Source of the DNA: Candidatus Eiseniibacteriota bacterium
Lineage (GTDB): Bacteria > Eisenbacteria > RBG-16-71-46
Direction of reading: 5' to 3'
Assembly (NCBI GenBank): GCA_044222065.1
Contig: JBGAOA010000003.1
Location: 32,001-96,000 of the forward strand
Length of the DNA: 64,000 nucleotides
The notes beneath the pieces are model-generated. The model was not told the origin of the DNA. It was given only the letters and a program-made list of their open reading frames with translations, and did no database searches. The translations under genes and the position numbers were made by a program. Shown piece by piece: positions 10,443-20,553 of the stretch. Every line of letters begins with the position of its first letter. Within the stretch, counting starts at the first letter, position 1.

Positions 10443-11018
10443 ATGTCCACCGTGACCTGTGGGGCCATTCCTCTGGAAAACGCGGCGATCAGCACCCCGG
10501 CGGGAGCCGACGGAGCGGATGTCGAGGACGCGAAGGGGGGCGATGCCCGGGCCTTCGAGCGCCTCTATCGCCGTCACGTGCCGCGGGTGCACGCGCTCGC
10601 TCGCCGCATGATCGGCTACTCCGACGCCGACGAGGCGACGCAGGACGTGTTCGTCCGGGCGTGGCAGAAGCTCGGAACGTTCCGGGGCGAGGCGGCGTTC
10701 GGAACCTGGCTGCACCGGCTCGCGATCAACGTGCTGCTGTCCAAGCGCGCGGGCCTCGGGATCCTGCGGAGCCGGTTCCTCCCGGACGACGCCGCGCTCG
10801 AGACCCTGCCCGGCCGGCCGGCCGCTCGCGAGCAGCGCATGGACTTCGAGAGCGCGATCGCGAAGCTCCCGGACGGGGCCCGGGTCGTGTTCGTGCTGCA
10901 CGACGTGGAGGGGTACAAGCACGAAGAGATCGCCGGCCTGCTCGAAGTGACGACCGGTACGACCAAGGCCCAGCTCCACCGCGCGCGCATGATGCTTCGC
11001 CGCCACCTGGAGGCCTGA
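10443..11018 (+). CDS. ECF-family RNA polymerase sigma factor
   Basis: GDARAFERLY, ATQDVFVRAW, FGTWLHRLAIN and VFVLHDVEGYKHEEIA...GTTKAQLHRAR. Confidence 0.95.
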   Translation: MSTVTCGAIPLENAAISTPAGADGADVEDAKGGDARAFERLYRRHVPRVHALARRMIGYSDADEATQDVFVRAWQKLGTFRGEAAFGTWLHRLAINVLLSKRAGLGILRSRFLPDDAALETLPGRPAAREQRMDFESAIAKLPDGARVVFVLHDVEGYKHEEIAGLLEVTTGTTKAQLHRARMMLRRHLEA

Positions 11019-11022
11019 CCCG

Positions 11023-11781
11023 ATGAACGCGCACTGGACCGACCGGCTGTCCGAATACCTCGACGGCGACCTCGACGGCGCCGAGCACGCCGCGTGCGAG
11101 TCGCACCTCGCGACGTGCGCCGAATGCGCGCGGACGCTCGAAGACCTGAAGGCGGTCGCCGGACAGGCGCGCGCGCTCGGCTCGATGGCGCCCGATCGGG
11201 ACCTGTGGCCCGCGATCGAGCGGCGCCTCGACGGTCCGCGCGCACTGACCTTCGGCGGGCTCGGACGCCGGCGCTGGACGCTCTCGCTGCCGCAGGCGCT
11301 CGCCGCGGCCGCGGCGCTCGTCGCCGTCACGGGCGCAATCACCTGGCTCGCGACCTCCGGGCGCCTGTCGCCCGCGGGCCGCTCCGCGACCGGCGACTCG
11401 CCGCTCGCGCGCGCGACCGCTCCGCCTCGCGCGTCCGCGCCCGCGCCCGGCGCCGCGACGAACGCCGCGCGCTCGCGTCCCGCGCGCGACGCCGAAGGCC
11501 AGATCGCCGCCGAGCCCGCCGACTTCGGCACCGCCGAATACGACGCCGCGATCGCCTCGCTCGAGGCCTCGCTGCGCCAGCATCGCGACCGGCTCGACCC
11601 GCGCACGGTCGAGGTGGTCGAACGCAATCTCGCCGTCATCGACGCCGCCATTCGTGAGGCGCGAGCCGCCCTCGCCTCGGACCCGGCGAGCCCGTACCTC
11701 AACGCCCACCTCGCGAGCACGATGCGCCGCAAGGTCGAGCTGTTGAAGCGGGCCGCCAAATTCGCGGGCGACCGCATCTAG
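11023..11781 (+). CDS. zf-HC2 (ZAS) transmembrane anti-sigma factor
   Basis: LSEYLDGDL...HLATCAEC (HxxxCxxC), one TM helix, adjacent to the ECF sigma. Confidence 0.88.
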   Translation: MNAHWTDRLSEYLDGDLDGAEHAACESHLATCAECARTLEDLKAVAGQARALGSMAPDRDLWPAIERRLDGPRALTFGGLGRRRWTLSLPQALAAAAALVAVTGAITWLATSGRLSPAGRSATGDSPLARATAPPRASAPAPGAATNAARSRPARDAEGQIAAEPADFGTAEYDAAIASLEASLRQHRDRLDPRTVEVVERNLAVIDAAIREARAALASDPASPYLNAHLASTMRRKVELLKRAAKFAGDRI

Positions 11782-11790
11782 GAGAAGACC

Positions 11791-12801
11791 ATGACCCTGC
11801 TCACCGCCGGCCTCGTCGTGCTCGCGCTCGCCGCGCGCACGGACACCACGCTCAACGTGGCTCCGAGTTCGCGGCTCAAGCTCGAGAACTTCGGCGGCGA
11901 CATCCAGGTCCAGACCTGGAGCCGCAACGCCGTCCGTATCGAGGCCGATCACGGCCGCCGGGTGGACGTGACGATCGATCGCTCGAGCGGCGAGCTCACG
12001 CTCGGGGCCGAGACCCGCTTCGGCGCGCCCGCGACCGTGGACTGGCGCCTCACCGTGCCGGCGACGCTGTCGCTCGAGCTGTCGGGCGTCTACAGCGACG
12101 TCCGCGTGGACGGCGTGTCGGGCGAGGTGCGCGTCGAGACCGTGCAGGGCGACGTCACGATCACGGGCAATCCGAAGGAAGTGTCGGCGTCGTCCGTGCA
12201 GGGCCAGGTCCGCATCGAGGGCGGGCACGGCCGGATCGAGGCGAGCAGCGTGAACGAGCGCGTGACGCTGCTGGATGCGAGCGGCGAGATCCAGGCCGAA
12301 TCCGTGAACGGCGACGTGCTGATCCGCGGCGGCGGTTCGGACCGCGTCGAGGCCAGCACCGTGAACGGCAACATCCTGTTCGAGGCCGCGTTCGCGAAGT
12401 CCGGCGAGTACAGCTTCAGCTCGCACGGGGGCGGGCTGTACGTCGCCGTGCCGCAGAGCGCCGACGTCGAGGTGTCGGTCTCGACCTACCAGGGCTCGTT
12501 CGAATCCACGTTCCCCTACACGAGCGACTCGCGCCGCAAGCGCGACTTCAGCTTCACGCTCGGCAGCGGCGACGCTCGGCTCGACCTCGAGTCGTTCCAG
12601 GGCGAGATCCGGCTCTTCCGGCCGGGCGAATCCGTTCCCGACCTGCCGGACTTCTTCGACCGCGAAGACTCCGCCGGCCACGGTGCGAAATCGAAGGCGA
12701 AGTCCGAGGTCAAGGCCAGCCTCAAGGACAAGAAGTCCGGCTCGAAGGACCCGCGCAACGGCGACGAGTCCGACGAGGAGTCCGAAGGGGAGGACGAGTG
12801 A
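11791..12801 (+). CDS. DUF4097 beta-strand repeat exported protein with charged tail
   Basis: Signal peptide, repeated (S/T)V(Q/N)G(D/N)(V/I) motifs, Lys-rich then Asp/Glu-rich tail. Confidence 0.85.
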   Translation: MTLLTAGLVVLALAARTDTTLNVAPSSRLKLENFGGDIQVQTWSRNAVRIEADHGRRVDVTIDRSSGELTLGAETRFGAPATVDWRLTVPATLSLELSGVYSDVRVDGVSGEVRVETVQGDVTITGNPKEVSASSVQGQVRIEGGHGRIEASSVNERVTLLDASGEIQAESVNGDVLIRGGGSDRVEASTVNGNILFEAAFAKSGEYSFSSHGGGLYVAVPQSADVEVSVSTYQGSFESTFPYTSDSRRKRDFSFTLGSGDARLDLESFQGEIRLFRPGESVPDLPDFFDREDSAGHGAKSKAKSEVKASLKDKKSGSKDPRNGDESDEESEGEDE

Positions 12802-12829
12802 GCTTCGCGGCGCCGTAGCGCCGCGCCGG

Positions 12830-12869
12830 GTGTCCGCTCGTGGGACGAGGCGATCCCACGAGCGGACAC
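12830..12869. promoter_or_regulatory. Perfect 16 bp inverted repeat made of two TCC-N7-GGAC dyads; candidate enhancer (UAS) for a sigma-54 activator
   Basis: GTGTCCGCTCGTGGGA / TCCCACGAGCGGACAC, dyad centres 21 bp apart. It could also act as a terminator hairpin. Confidence 0.6.
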
Positions 12870-12917
12870 TTCCACTCGTACCCGCGGCGGGCGCGGCCCC
12901 GGCGCCCGGTTCGCGCG

Positions 12918-12959
12918 CAACGAGTTGCGGCGTTCCGAGCGACTGGAACGGTTCTTCCA
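12918..12959 (+). promoter_or_regulatory. IHF-like site (CAACGAGTTG) plus non-canonical sigma-54 -24/-12 element (TGGAACG-GTTC-TTCC)
   Basis: Correct spacing, but the -12 is TTCC rather than TTGC. Lies between the UAS and the adaptor gene. Confidence 0.45.
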
Positions 12960-12993
12960 GTGCGATCCGGTCCACGCACTCCGGAGGCGGTCC

Positions 12994-14235
12994 TTGGACG
13001 TTCCTCGCGCACGCAAGCCGAATCGGGCTCCGTTCATCATCGGCGGGGTCGCCGGCGCCGTGATCCTCACGACGCTCGGTCTCTCGCAGCTGCGCCCCGC
13101 GGCGCCGACCGTGGAGCGCGCCGCGCTCTACTTCGACACCGTGAAGCGCGGCGACGTCGTGCGCGAAGTGCGCGGCAACGGTTCGCTCGTGCCCGAGGAC
13201 CAGCGCATCGTCTCGGCGCTCGTCTCGGGACGCGTGGACCTCGTGCGCGTGCGCGCCGGCGAGCGCGTGGACGCGCAGACCGTGCTCGTCGAGATGAGCA
13301 ACCCGGACGTGCAGCTCGAGTCGCTCGACGCCGAGCGGCAGGTGAAGCTCGCGGAAGCCGATCTCGCGAGCCTGCGCGCCGCGCTCGAGACCCAGCGGCT
13401 CGCCGCGCAGTCCGCGCTCGCCTCGGCGACGCGCGAATCGCGCGACGCCGAGCGCGCGGTCAAGGTCGCCGAGCGGCTGATGAGCGAAGGCCTGAGTTCC
13501 GAATTCGAGGTCGAGCGCGCCCGCGACGCCGCCGAGGACGCGCGCGTCCGGCTCGCGAGCGAGCGCGACCACCTGAAGGTGACGACGGAGTCGCTCGACG
13601 CGCAGCTCGTGCTTCGCCGCTCCGAGGTCGAGCGGCTGCGCGCGATCGCGTCGTTCCAGCGCGAACGCGTGTCGTCGCTGCGCGTGCGCGCCGGCGCCGC
13701 CGGCGTGCTGCAGGAGATGGCGCTCGAGCCGGGACAGTGGGTGCAGTCGGGCCAGCGACTCGCGCGCGTGGCCGGCACCGGGCGGCTCAAGGCCGTCATC
13801 CGCGTCCCCGACACGCAGGCGAAGGACCTCGCGGTCGGACTCGAGGCGGTCGTGGACACGCACGACGGCGTCGTCCAGGGACGCGTGAGCCGCGTGGACC
13901 CCGCCTCGCAGGGCGGCACCGTCACCGTGGACGTCGCGCTTCCGGACACGCTGCCGAAGGGCGCGCGCCCGGACCTCGGCGTGGACGCGAACATCCGCAT
14001 CGACCGGCTTCGGAACGTGCTGTACGTCGGCCGCCCGATGGACGGCTCCGCCGAGTCCACGGCCGAGCTGTTCCGCGTCGAGAAGGGCGGCGGCTCGGCC
14101 GAGCGCGTCGTCGTGAAGCTCGGTCGCGGTTCGTCGAACGCCGTCGAAGTGCTCGAGGGCCTCCAGGAAGGCGACCAACTCATCCTGTCCGACATGTCCC
14201 GCTGGGCGACGGCGCAGCGCGTCCGCCTCAAGTGA
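12994..14235 (+). CDS. HlyD/MacA-family efflux periplasmic adaptor
   Basis: TTG start with GGAGG SD (MDVPR), DTVKRGDVVREVRGNGSLVPE, a long coiled coil, and GLQEGDQLILSD. Confidence 0.9.
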   Translation: MDVPRARKPNRAPFIIGGVAGAVILTTLGLSQLRPAAPTVERAALYFDTVKRGDVVREVRGNGSLVPEDQRIVSALVSGRVDLVRVRAGERVDAQTVLVEMSNPDVQLESLDAERQVKLAEADLASLRAALETQRLAAQSALASATRESRDAERAVKVAERLMSEGLSSEFEVERARDAAEDARVRLASERDHLKVTTESLDAQLVLRRSEVERLRAIASFQRERVSSLRVRAGAAGVLQEMALEPGQWVQSGQRLARVAGTGRLKAVIRVPDTQAKDLAVGLEAVVDTHDGVVQGRVSRVDPASQGGTVTVDVALPDTLPKGARPDLGVDANIRIDRLRNVLYVGRPMDGSAESTAELFRVEKGGGSAERVVVKLGRGSSNAVEVLEGLQEGDQLILSDMSRWATAQRVRLK

Positions 14236-14264
14236 ACCCCGCTCCCGACCCGAAGGAGAAACCC

Positions 14265-15011
14265 ATGACCGCGACGCTCGCTCCCGCGCCCCGCAGCACG
14301 TCTGCGAACGGCGCCCGCGAAACGGCCACGAGCCTCATCCGACTCGACAACATCCAGAAGGTCTTCTACACGGACGAAGTCGAGACCCACGCGCTCTCGG
14401 GCATCCACCTCGAGATCCGACGCGGCGAGTTCCTGTCGATCGCCGGACCGTCGGGGTGCGGCAAGTCCACGCTGCTCTCGCTCATCGGCCTGCTCGACGC
14501 GCCGACGGCGGGCCAGTACTGGCTCGACAACCGCGCCGTCGAGAGCCTGTCGTTCGCCGAGCGCGCGCGCATCCGGAACCGGCAGATCGGGTTCATCTTC
14601 CAGAGCTTCAACCTGATCGGCGACCTGACCGTCGAGGAGAACGTCGAGCTGCCGCTGACGTACCGCGGCATGCCAGCGGGCGAGCGCAAGCGCGCGGTGT
14701 CGGAGTCGCTCGAACGCGTGAACATGGCGCATCGCGCGCGTCACCTGCCGAGCCAGCTCTCGGGCGGCCAGCAGCAGCGCGTCGCCGTCGCTCGCGCGCT
14801 CGCGGGCAGCCCGCTCATCCTGCTCGCGGACGAGCCGACCGGAAACCTCGACTCGTCGAACGGCGAGTCGGTGATGAGCCTGCTGCGCGAACTGCACGCG
14901 CAGGGCGCGACGATCTGCATGGTCACGCACGACCCGCGGTTCTCGCGCTACGCCGACCGCACCGTGCAGCTCTTCGACGGCCGCATCGTGGACGAGAACC
15001 GGGGGGCGTGA
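14265..15011 (+). CDS. ABC transporter ATP-binding protein (LolD/MacB type)
   Basis: [29 protein letters not shown] and MVTHD. Confidence 0.96.
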   Translation: MTATLAPAPRSTSANGARETATSLIRLDNIQKVFYTDEVETHALSGIHLEIRRGEFLSIAGPSGCGKSTLLSLIGLLDAPTAGQYWLDNRAVESLSFAERARIRNRQIGFIFQSFNLIGDLTVEENVELPLTYRGMPAGERKRAVSESLERVNMAHRARHLPSQLSGGQQQRVAVARALAGSPLILLADEPTGNLDSSNGESVMSLLRELHAQGATICMVTHDPRFSRYADRTVQLFDGRIVDENRGA

Positions 15012-17431
15012 TGGACGGCTGGCTCCAGGATCTGCGCTTCGCGGCGCGCTCGCTGCGCCGCACGCCGGGCTACACGGCCGTCGTCGTCGCCGTCATGGCG
15101 CTCGGCATCGGCATCAACACGATGGTGTTCGCGATGGTGTACGGCGTGCTCTACCGGCCGCTGCCGCTGCCGCAGGCGGAACGCCTGACCGCGATCCGCA
15201 GCAGCGATCCGCGCAAGCCGAAGGAACGCTACGAAGTCTCGTTCATGAACCTGCGCGACTACCGCGGAATGAAGTCGTTCGAATCCGTCGGCGGGTACTG
15301 GGACCACAACGCTCTCGTGAACTTCGGCCAGGACACCGAACGCCTGTACGCCTCGACGGTGACCTACGACCTGTTCGACGCGCTCGGCGTGAAGCCGATC
15401 CTCGGGCACGCGTTCCGGGCCGAAGAGGAGCCGATCGGCCAGAACTGGACTTCGATCGTCATCAGCGAGCGCATCTGGAAGTCGCGATTCGGCGGCACGC
15501 CCGATGTGCTCGGCAAGACGGTTCGCATGAACGGGCGCACGCGCACGATCGTCGGCGTGATGCCGGCGGGATTCCGCTGGCCCGAGATCGCCGACTTCTG
15601 GATCCCGATGGGCTTCGATCCGAAGGACGAGAAGCGCAATTCGTTCGGCATCCAGGCGGTCGGCCGGCTCAAGCCCGGCACGACGGCGGCGCAGGCGGAC
15701 GCCGAGATGCGCGTGCTCATGGCGAGCCTCGAGAAGCAGTACCCGCGCGAGCTGAAGAACGTCAGCGCGGTCGTGATGCCGATTCGCGATTCGTTCAACG
15801 GCGACGACTTGAAGCTGATGATGCTCATGCTCCAGACGTCCGTCGCGTTCGTGCTGCTGATCGCGTGCGCGAACGTCGCGAACCTCATGCTCGCGCGCGC
15901 CGCCGGCCGCCGCCGCGAGATCAGCCTGCGCCTCGCGCTCGGCGCGTCCCGCGCGCAGGTCATCCGCCAGCTCCTGATCGAGGGCATCGTCGTGTCGCTC
16001 GCGGGCGCAGCGATCGGCGTGCTGCTCGCGATGTGGGGCCAGCGCCTGTGGCTCTCGATGATCCCGCTCGAACTGCCCATGTTCCTGAGCTTCCCGATGG
16101 ACGCTCCGGTGCTGCTGTTCACCGTCGGCGTGTCGGTGCTCTCGGGCCTGCTGTTCGCGCTCGCTCCGGCGCTGCACGCGAGCGACGAGCGGCTCAGCGA
16201 GGCGCTGCGCGACGGCGCGTCGCAGGCGGGATCGTCGCGCGGACGCAACCGGCTCCGCTCGGGACTCGTCGTCGCGGAGATCGCGCTGTCGCTCGTGCTG
16301 CTCGTCGGCGCCGGACTCATGCTGAAGAGCTTCACGAACCGCGCCCAGCTCCAGAAGAACCTGCGCATCGACGGCGTGTCCACGGGCGGCGTGCTGATGC
16401 CGGTCGCGACCTATCCCGAGAACCGCCAGAAGATCGAGTTCGTGCACGGCCTGCTCGCCGACCTGCGCGGAACGCCCGGCGTCTCCGAGGTCGCGCTCGC
16501 GCAGACGCTGCCGCTCGGACGCAACGGCTGGGGGCGCGGGCTCATCACGCCCGAGATGAAGGACCAGGATCCGTCGAACGCCCCGCACGTCCGCTACGGC
16601 ATCGTGACGCCCGGCTACTTCCGCGCGCTCGGCATCCCGATCGTCGCGGGCCGCGACTTCAACGAGCAGGACACGCCGACCTCGCAGCGCGTCGTGATCG
16701 TGAGCCGTGCGCTCGTGCAGAAGCACTGGCCCGGCCAGGACGCGGTCGGCCGCCGGCTCAAGTTCGCGGGCGAGCCCGACTCGCTCGGCTGGGCGACGGT
16801 CGTCGGCGTCGTCGGCGACGTGCTGCAGAACATCGAGGACGACGACAAGCGGCTCGAGCAGGCGTACGCGCCGCACGACCAGGACCCGGTGCAGATGATG
16901 TGGATGGCCGTGCGCTCCGACCGTCCGAGCGCCGAGGTCATGGGCCGGATGCGCGAACTCGTGCGCGGCCGGGATGCCGACCTTCCGCTGCTCGAGCCGC
17001 GCACGTTCCGCGAGCACGTGCGCTTCTCGATGTGGACGCACCGGCTGTTCACGAGCCTGTTCGGCACGTTCGCGGTGCTCGCCCTGCTGATCGCCGGCAT
17101 CGGCATCTACGGCGTGATGTCCTACTCGGTCGGCCAGCGAACGCAGGAGATCGGCGTGCGCATGGCGCTCGGCGCGGACCCCGCGGCCGTCGTGCGGATG
17201 GTGACGCTGCAAGCCGTGCGTCTCACGCTGCTCGGCATCGCCCTCGGACTCGCGGGAGCCTTCGGGCTCACGCGCTTCATGGCGACGATGCTCTTCCAGG
17301 TGAGCCCGACCGATCCGCCGACGTTCACGATCGTGTGCGTGCTGCTCGCGCTGTCGGGCATCGTGGCCGCGTGGCTGCCCGCGCTGCGCGCCTCGCGCGT
17401 GGACCCGATGGTGGCGCTGCGTTACGAGTAG
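15011..17431 (+). CDS. Duplicated MacB/FtsX-type ABC permease (ADOP-like)
   Basis: [51 protein letters not shown] and RVDPMVALRYE. Confidence 0.95.
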   Translation: MDGWLQDLRFAARSLRRTPGYTAVVVAVMALGIGINTMVFAMVYGVLYRPLPLPQAERLTAIRSSDPRKPKERYEVSFMNLRDYRGMKSFESVGGYWDHNALVNFGQDTERLYASTVTYDLFDALGVKPILGHAFRAEEEPIGQNWTSIVISERIWKSRFGGTPDVLGKTVRMNGRTRTIVGVMPAGFRWPEIADFWIPMGFDPKDEKRNSFGIQAVGRLKPGTTAAQADAEMRVLMASLEKQYPRELKNVSAVVMPIRDSFNGDDLKLMMLMLQTSVAFVLLIACANVANLMLARAAGRRREISLRLALGASRAQVIRQLLIEGIVVSLAGAAIGVLLAMWGQRLWLSMIPLELPMFLSFPMDAPVLLFTVGVSVLSGLLFALAPALHASDERLSEALRDGASQAGSSRGRNRLRSGLVVAEIALSLVLLVGAGLMLKSFTNRAQLQKNLRIDGVSTGGVLMPVATYPENRQKIEFVHGLLADLRGTPGVSEVALAQTLPLGRNGWGRGLITPEMKDQDPSNAPHVRYGIVTPGYFRALGIPIVAGRDFNEQDTPTSQRVVIVSRALVQKHWPGQDAVGRRLKFAGEPDSLGWATVVGVVGDVLQNIEDDDKRLEQAYAPHDQDPVQMMWMAVRSDRPSAEVMGRMRELVRGRDADLPLLEPRTFREHVRFSMWTHRLFTSLFGTFAVLALLIAGIGIYGVMSYSVGQRTQEIGVRMALGADPAAVVRMVTLQAVRLTLLGIALGLAGAFGLTRFMATMLFQVSPTDPPTFTIVCVLLALSGIVAAWLPALRASRVDPMVALRYE

Positions 17432-17724
17432 TCGAAGGAATGCCGCGGGGGACGGTCCGACCGGGAGCGGTCCCCTGACGGCGGCGCGCGGGGAAGCATG
17501 GGCCTCGCGCGCGAAAACGGATCCGCCCGGATCGTGGGTGGAGCCCCCCCGGGGCGCGCGGCCGTCGCCGCGCGCCCTCTTCCTTCGATCGCCGCGGGCG
17601 GCGCCCGTCGCTTCGTCCGCAACTCCTTCGCGCGCCGCCGCGCCGCGACGTGCCCGACCCGACGCGTGCTAATGTGCGGATCACTCCGGCTCGCGCCTCG
17701 ACGGCGCGGCGGAGGACGCCCGCG

Positions 17725-19095
17725 ATGACCGACGACGCGACCGCACTCCGAATCCTCGTCGCCGACGACGACACCGACGTGCTCGCCGCGCTCCAACTGC
17801 TGCTCCGGGGCGAGGGCTGGCAGGTCGAGACCGCGACGTCGCCGGCGCTCGCGCTCGCGGCCCGCGAGTCCCGCGACTACGACGTCGCGCAGCTCGACCT
17901 GAAAAACGCGCGCGACACGACGACCGGGCAGGAGGGCCTGCAGCTCATCGAGCGGCTGCGCGCGCTCGACTCCACGCTGCCCGTGGTCGTGATGACCGCG
18001 TGGGGGAGCGTCGAGGGCGCGGTCGAGGCGGTGCGGCGCGGCGCGCGCGACTACGTGCAGAAGCCGTGGGACAACGCGCGCCTCGTGACGACGCTCCGCA
18101 GCCAGGCCGAACTCGGACAGGCGCTGCGCTCGGGGAGGCGGCTCGAATGGGAGAACCGCCTGCTGCGGCGCGACGGCGCTCCCGAGATGATCGCCGACGC
18201 TCCGGCGATGCGCGCGGTCCTCGACCTCGTGGCGCGCGTCGGGCCGTCCGACGCGCACGTGCTCGTCACCGGCGAGCACGGCACCGGCAAGGAGCTCGTC
18301 GCGCGGCTCCTGCACGCCGCCTCGCCGCGCGCGCACCGCCCGCTCGTCACCGTGAACATGGGCGGCCTGCCCGAGAGCGTGTTCGAGAGCGAGATGTTCG
18401 GTCACGTGAAGGGCGCCTTCACGGGCGCGAACGCCGATCGCGCGGGACGCTTCGAGCTCGCCGACGGCGGCACGCTGTTCCTGGACGAGATCGCGAACGT
18501 CCCGCTCGCCCAGCAGGCGAAGCTGCTGCGCGTGCTCCAGACCGGGGAGTTCGAGCGCGTCGGGTCGTCGCGCACGCGCCGCGTCGAAGTGCGCTTCATC
18601 TCGGCGACGAACGCCGACCTGCGCGAGGAAGCGCGGCTGGGGCGGTTCCGCGAGGACCTGCTGTTCCGCATCAACACGGTCGAGATCCACCTGCCGCCGC
18701 TGCGCGACCGGCGCGAGGACGTGCCCGGTCTCGCGCGCCACTTCCTGGATCTCCACGCGCGGCGCTACCGCAAGTCGCTCTCGGGATTCGACGCGGGCGC
18801 GATGGAGGCGCTGCTCCACCACCCGTGGCCGGGCAACGTGCGCGAGCTGGACCACGTGATCGAGCGCGCCGTGCTGCTCGCGCGCGGCACGGAACTCGGC
18901 GGCGCGGACCTCGGACTCAGGCCCGCGGGGGCCGGCGGCGCGGCCGCGCTCGAACAGCTCACGCTGGACGAGGCCGAGCGCGTGCTCATCCAGCGCGCGC
19001 TCCAGCGCGCGAGCGGCAACGTGAGCGACGCGGCGAAGCTGCTCGGGCTCTCGCGCAGCGCGCTCTACCGGCGGCTCGAGCGGCACGGGCTGTGA
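17725..19095 (+). CDS. Sigma-54-dependent response regulator (REC-AAA+-Fis HTH)
   Basis: [35 protein letters not shown] and a C-terminal HTH. Extended -10-like TGCTAATGT upstream. Confidence 0.95.
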   Translation: MTDDATALRILVADDDTDVLAALQLLLRGEGWQVETATSPALALAARESRDYDVAQLDLKNARDTTTGQEGLQLIERLRALDSTLPVVVMTAWGSVEGAVEAVRRGARDYVQKPWDNARLVTTLRSQAELGQALRSGRRLEWENRLLRRDGAPEMIADAPAMRAVLDLVARVGPSDAHVLVTGEHGTGKELVARLLHAASPRAHRPLVTVNMGGLPESVFESEMFGHVKGAFTGANADRAGRFELADGGTLFLDEIANVPLAQQAKLLRVLQTGEFERVGSSRTRRVEVRFISATNADLREEARLGRFREDLLFRINTVEIHLPPLRDRREDVPGLARHFLDLHARRYRKSLSGFDAGAMEALLHHPWPGNVRELDHVIERAVLLARGTELGGADLGLRPAGAGGAAALEQLTLDEAERVLIQRALQRASGNVSDAAKLLGLSRSALYRRLERHGL

Positions 19096-20447
19096 CGCCG
19101 AAGCGCGCGCGCCGCCGGAGCGGCCCCGTGCTCGAGGCGCGCCTCGCGCTCACGGCGATCGCGGGCGGCGTGCCGGCGCTCGCGCTCCTCGGCTGGGCGC
19201 TCGTGCGCGCGCGCGCCGACGGACTCGTCGTGGCGACCGCGTTCACGATCGCGGGCCTCGCGTGGCTCGCGGCGGCGATCGCGATCCACGAGCAGCTCGA
19301 GCGGCCGCTGCGCACGCTGTCGAACATGCTCGCCGCGATCCGCGAGGGCGACTACTCGATCCGCGCGCGCGGCGCCGATCCGCGCGGCGCGCTCGGGCTC
19401 GCGCTGCACGAAGTGAACGCGCTCGCGGACGGCCTGCGGCTGCACCGGCTCGAAGTCACCGAAGCGGCGGCGCTGCTGCGGCACGTCATGGACTCGATCG
19501 AGGTCGCGGTGCTGGCGTTCGACGACGCGCAGCGGCTGCGGCTCGTGAACCGCGAGGGCGAGGCGCTGCTCGGCCAGCCGGCCGAGCGCGCGCTCGGCGC
19601 GAGCGCCGCGGAACTCGGGCTCGGCGCCGCGCTCGAGGGCGACTCGCCCCGCATCGTGGAGCTGCCGGGCGCGGCGCGCGGCGGGCGCTACGAGCTGCGC
19701 CGCGGCGAGTACCGTCACGAGGGGCGGCCGCACGCGCTCGTCGTGCTGTCCGACGTCACGCGCGAGCTGCGCGCCGAGGAGCGCGCCGCGTGGCTGCGCC
19801 TCGTGCGCGTGCTGAGCCACGAGATCAACAACTCGCTCGCGCCGATCCAGTCCATCGCCGGCAGCGTCACCGCGCTGCTCTCGCGCCCGTCGCCCGACGC
19901 TGCTTCGCTCGCCGATGCGCGGCACGGCCTCGAGGTGGTGGAGGCGCGCGCGAAGAGCCTCGGCCGCTTCATGCACCACTACGCGCAGCTCGCGCGGCTC
20001 CCGGCGCCCGTGCTCGGCAGCGTGGACGTCGAGCCGTGGGTGCGGCGCGTCGCGGCGCTCGAGACGCGGCTCCCGGTCGCGGTCGAGGGCGGCCCGCGCG
20101 CCGTCGTGAGCGCCGACGGCGACCAGCTCGACGCGCTGCTCATCAATCTCGTGCGCAACGCGGCCGACGCCGCGCTCGAGACTTCGGGCGGCGTGCGCGT
20201 GCGCTGGCGGATCGACGCGGAATCGCTCGTGGTCGAGGTCGAAGACGACGGCGCCGGGCTCGCCGACACGGTCAACCTGTTCGTGCCGTTCTTCACGACC
20301 AAGCCCGACGGCTCGGGGATCGGCCTCGCCCTGTGCCGCCAGATCGCCGAGGCGCACGGCGGCCGGGTCGCGCTCGAGAACCGCCCGGGCGGCCGCGGCG
20401 CGCTCGCGACCGCACGCCTGCCGAGGCACGCCTCGACCGCGGGCTGA
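19092..20447 (+). CDS. Membrane sensor histidine kinase (TM-HAMP-PAS-HisKA-HATPase, NtrY-like)
   Basis: VLSHEINNSLAPI, INLVRNA, DDGAG and PFFTTKPDGSGIGL. Confidence 0.93.
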   Translation: MTPKRARRRSGPVLEARLALTAIAGGVPALALLGWALVRARADGLVVATAFTIAGLAWLAAAIAIHEQLERPLRTLSNMLAAIREGDYSIRARGADPRGALGLALHEVNALADGLRLHRLEVTEAAALLRHVMDSIEVAVLAFDDAQRLRLVNREGEALLGQPAERALGASAAELGLGAALEGDSPRIVELPGAARGGRYELRRGEYRHEGRPHALVVLSDVTRELRAEERAAWLRLVRVLSHEINNSLAPIQSIAGSVTALLSRPSPDAASLADARHGLEVVEARAKSLGRFMHHYAQLARLPAPVLGSVDVEPWVRRVAALETRLPVAVEGGPRAVVSADGDQLDALLINLVRNAADAALETSGGVRVRWRIDAESLVVEVEDDGAGLADTVNLFVPFFTTKPDGSGIGLALCRQIAEAHGGRVALENRPGGRGALATARLPRHASTAG

Positions 20448-20553
20448 GCCGGGCCGGCCCGGGTCCGCGGCGCCACGTGTCCCCTCGCACGGCCCGATTG
20501 CGTTCGGGGAGGGGAAGCGCCGTTCCCGCCGCCCGTCCGTTTGCGAGGCCCTC

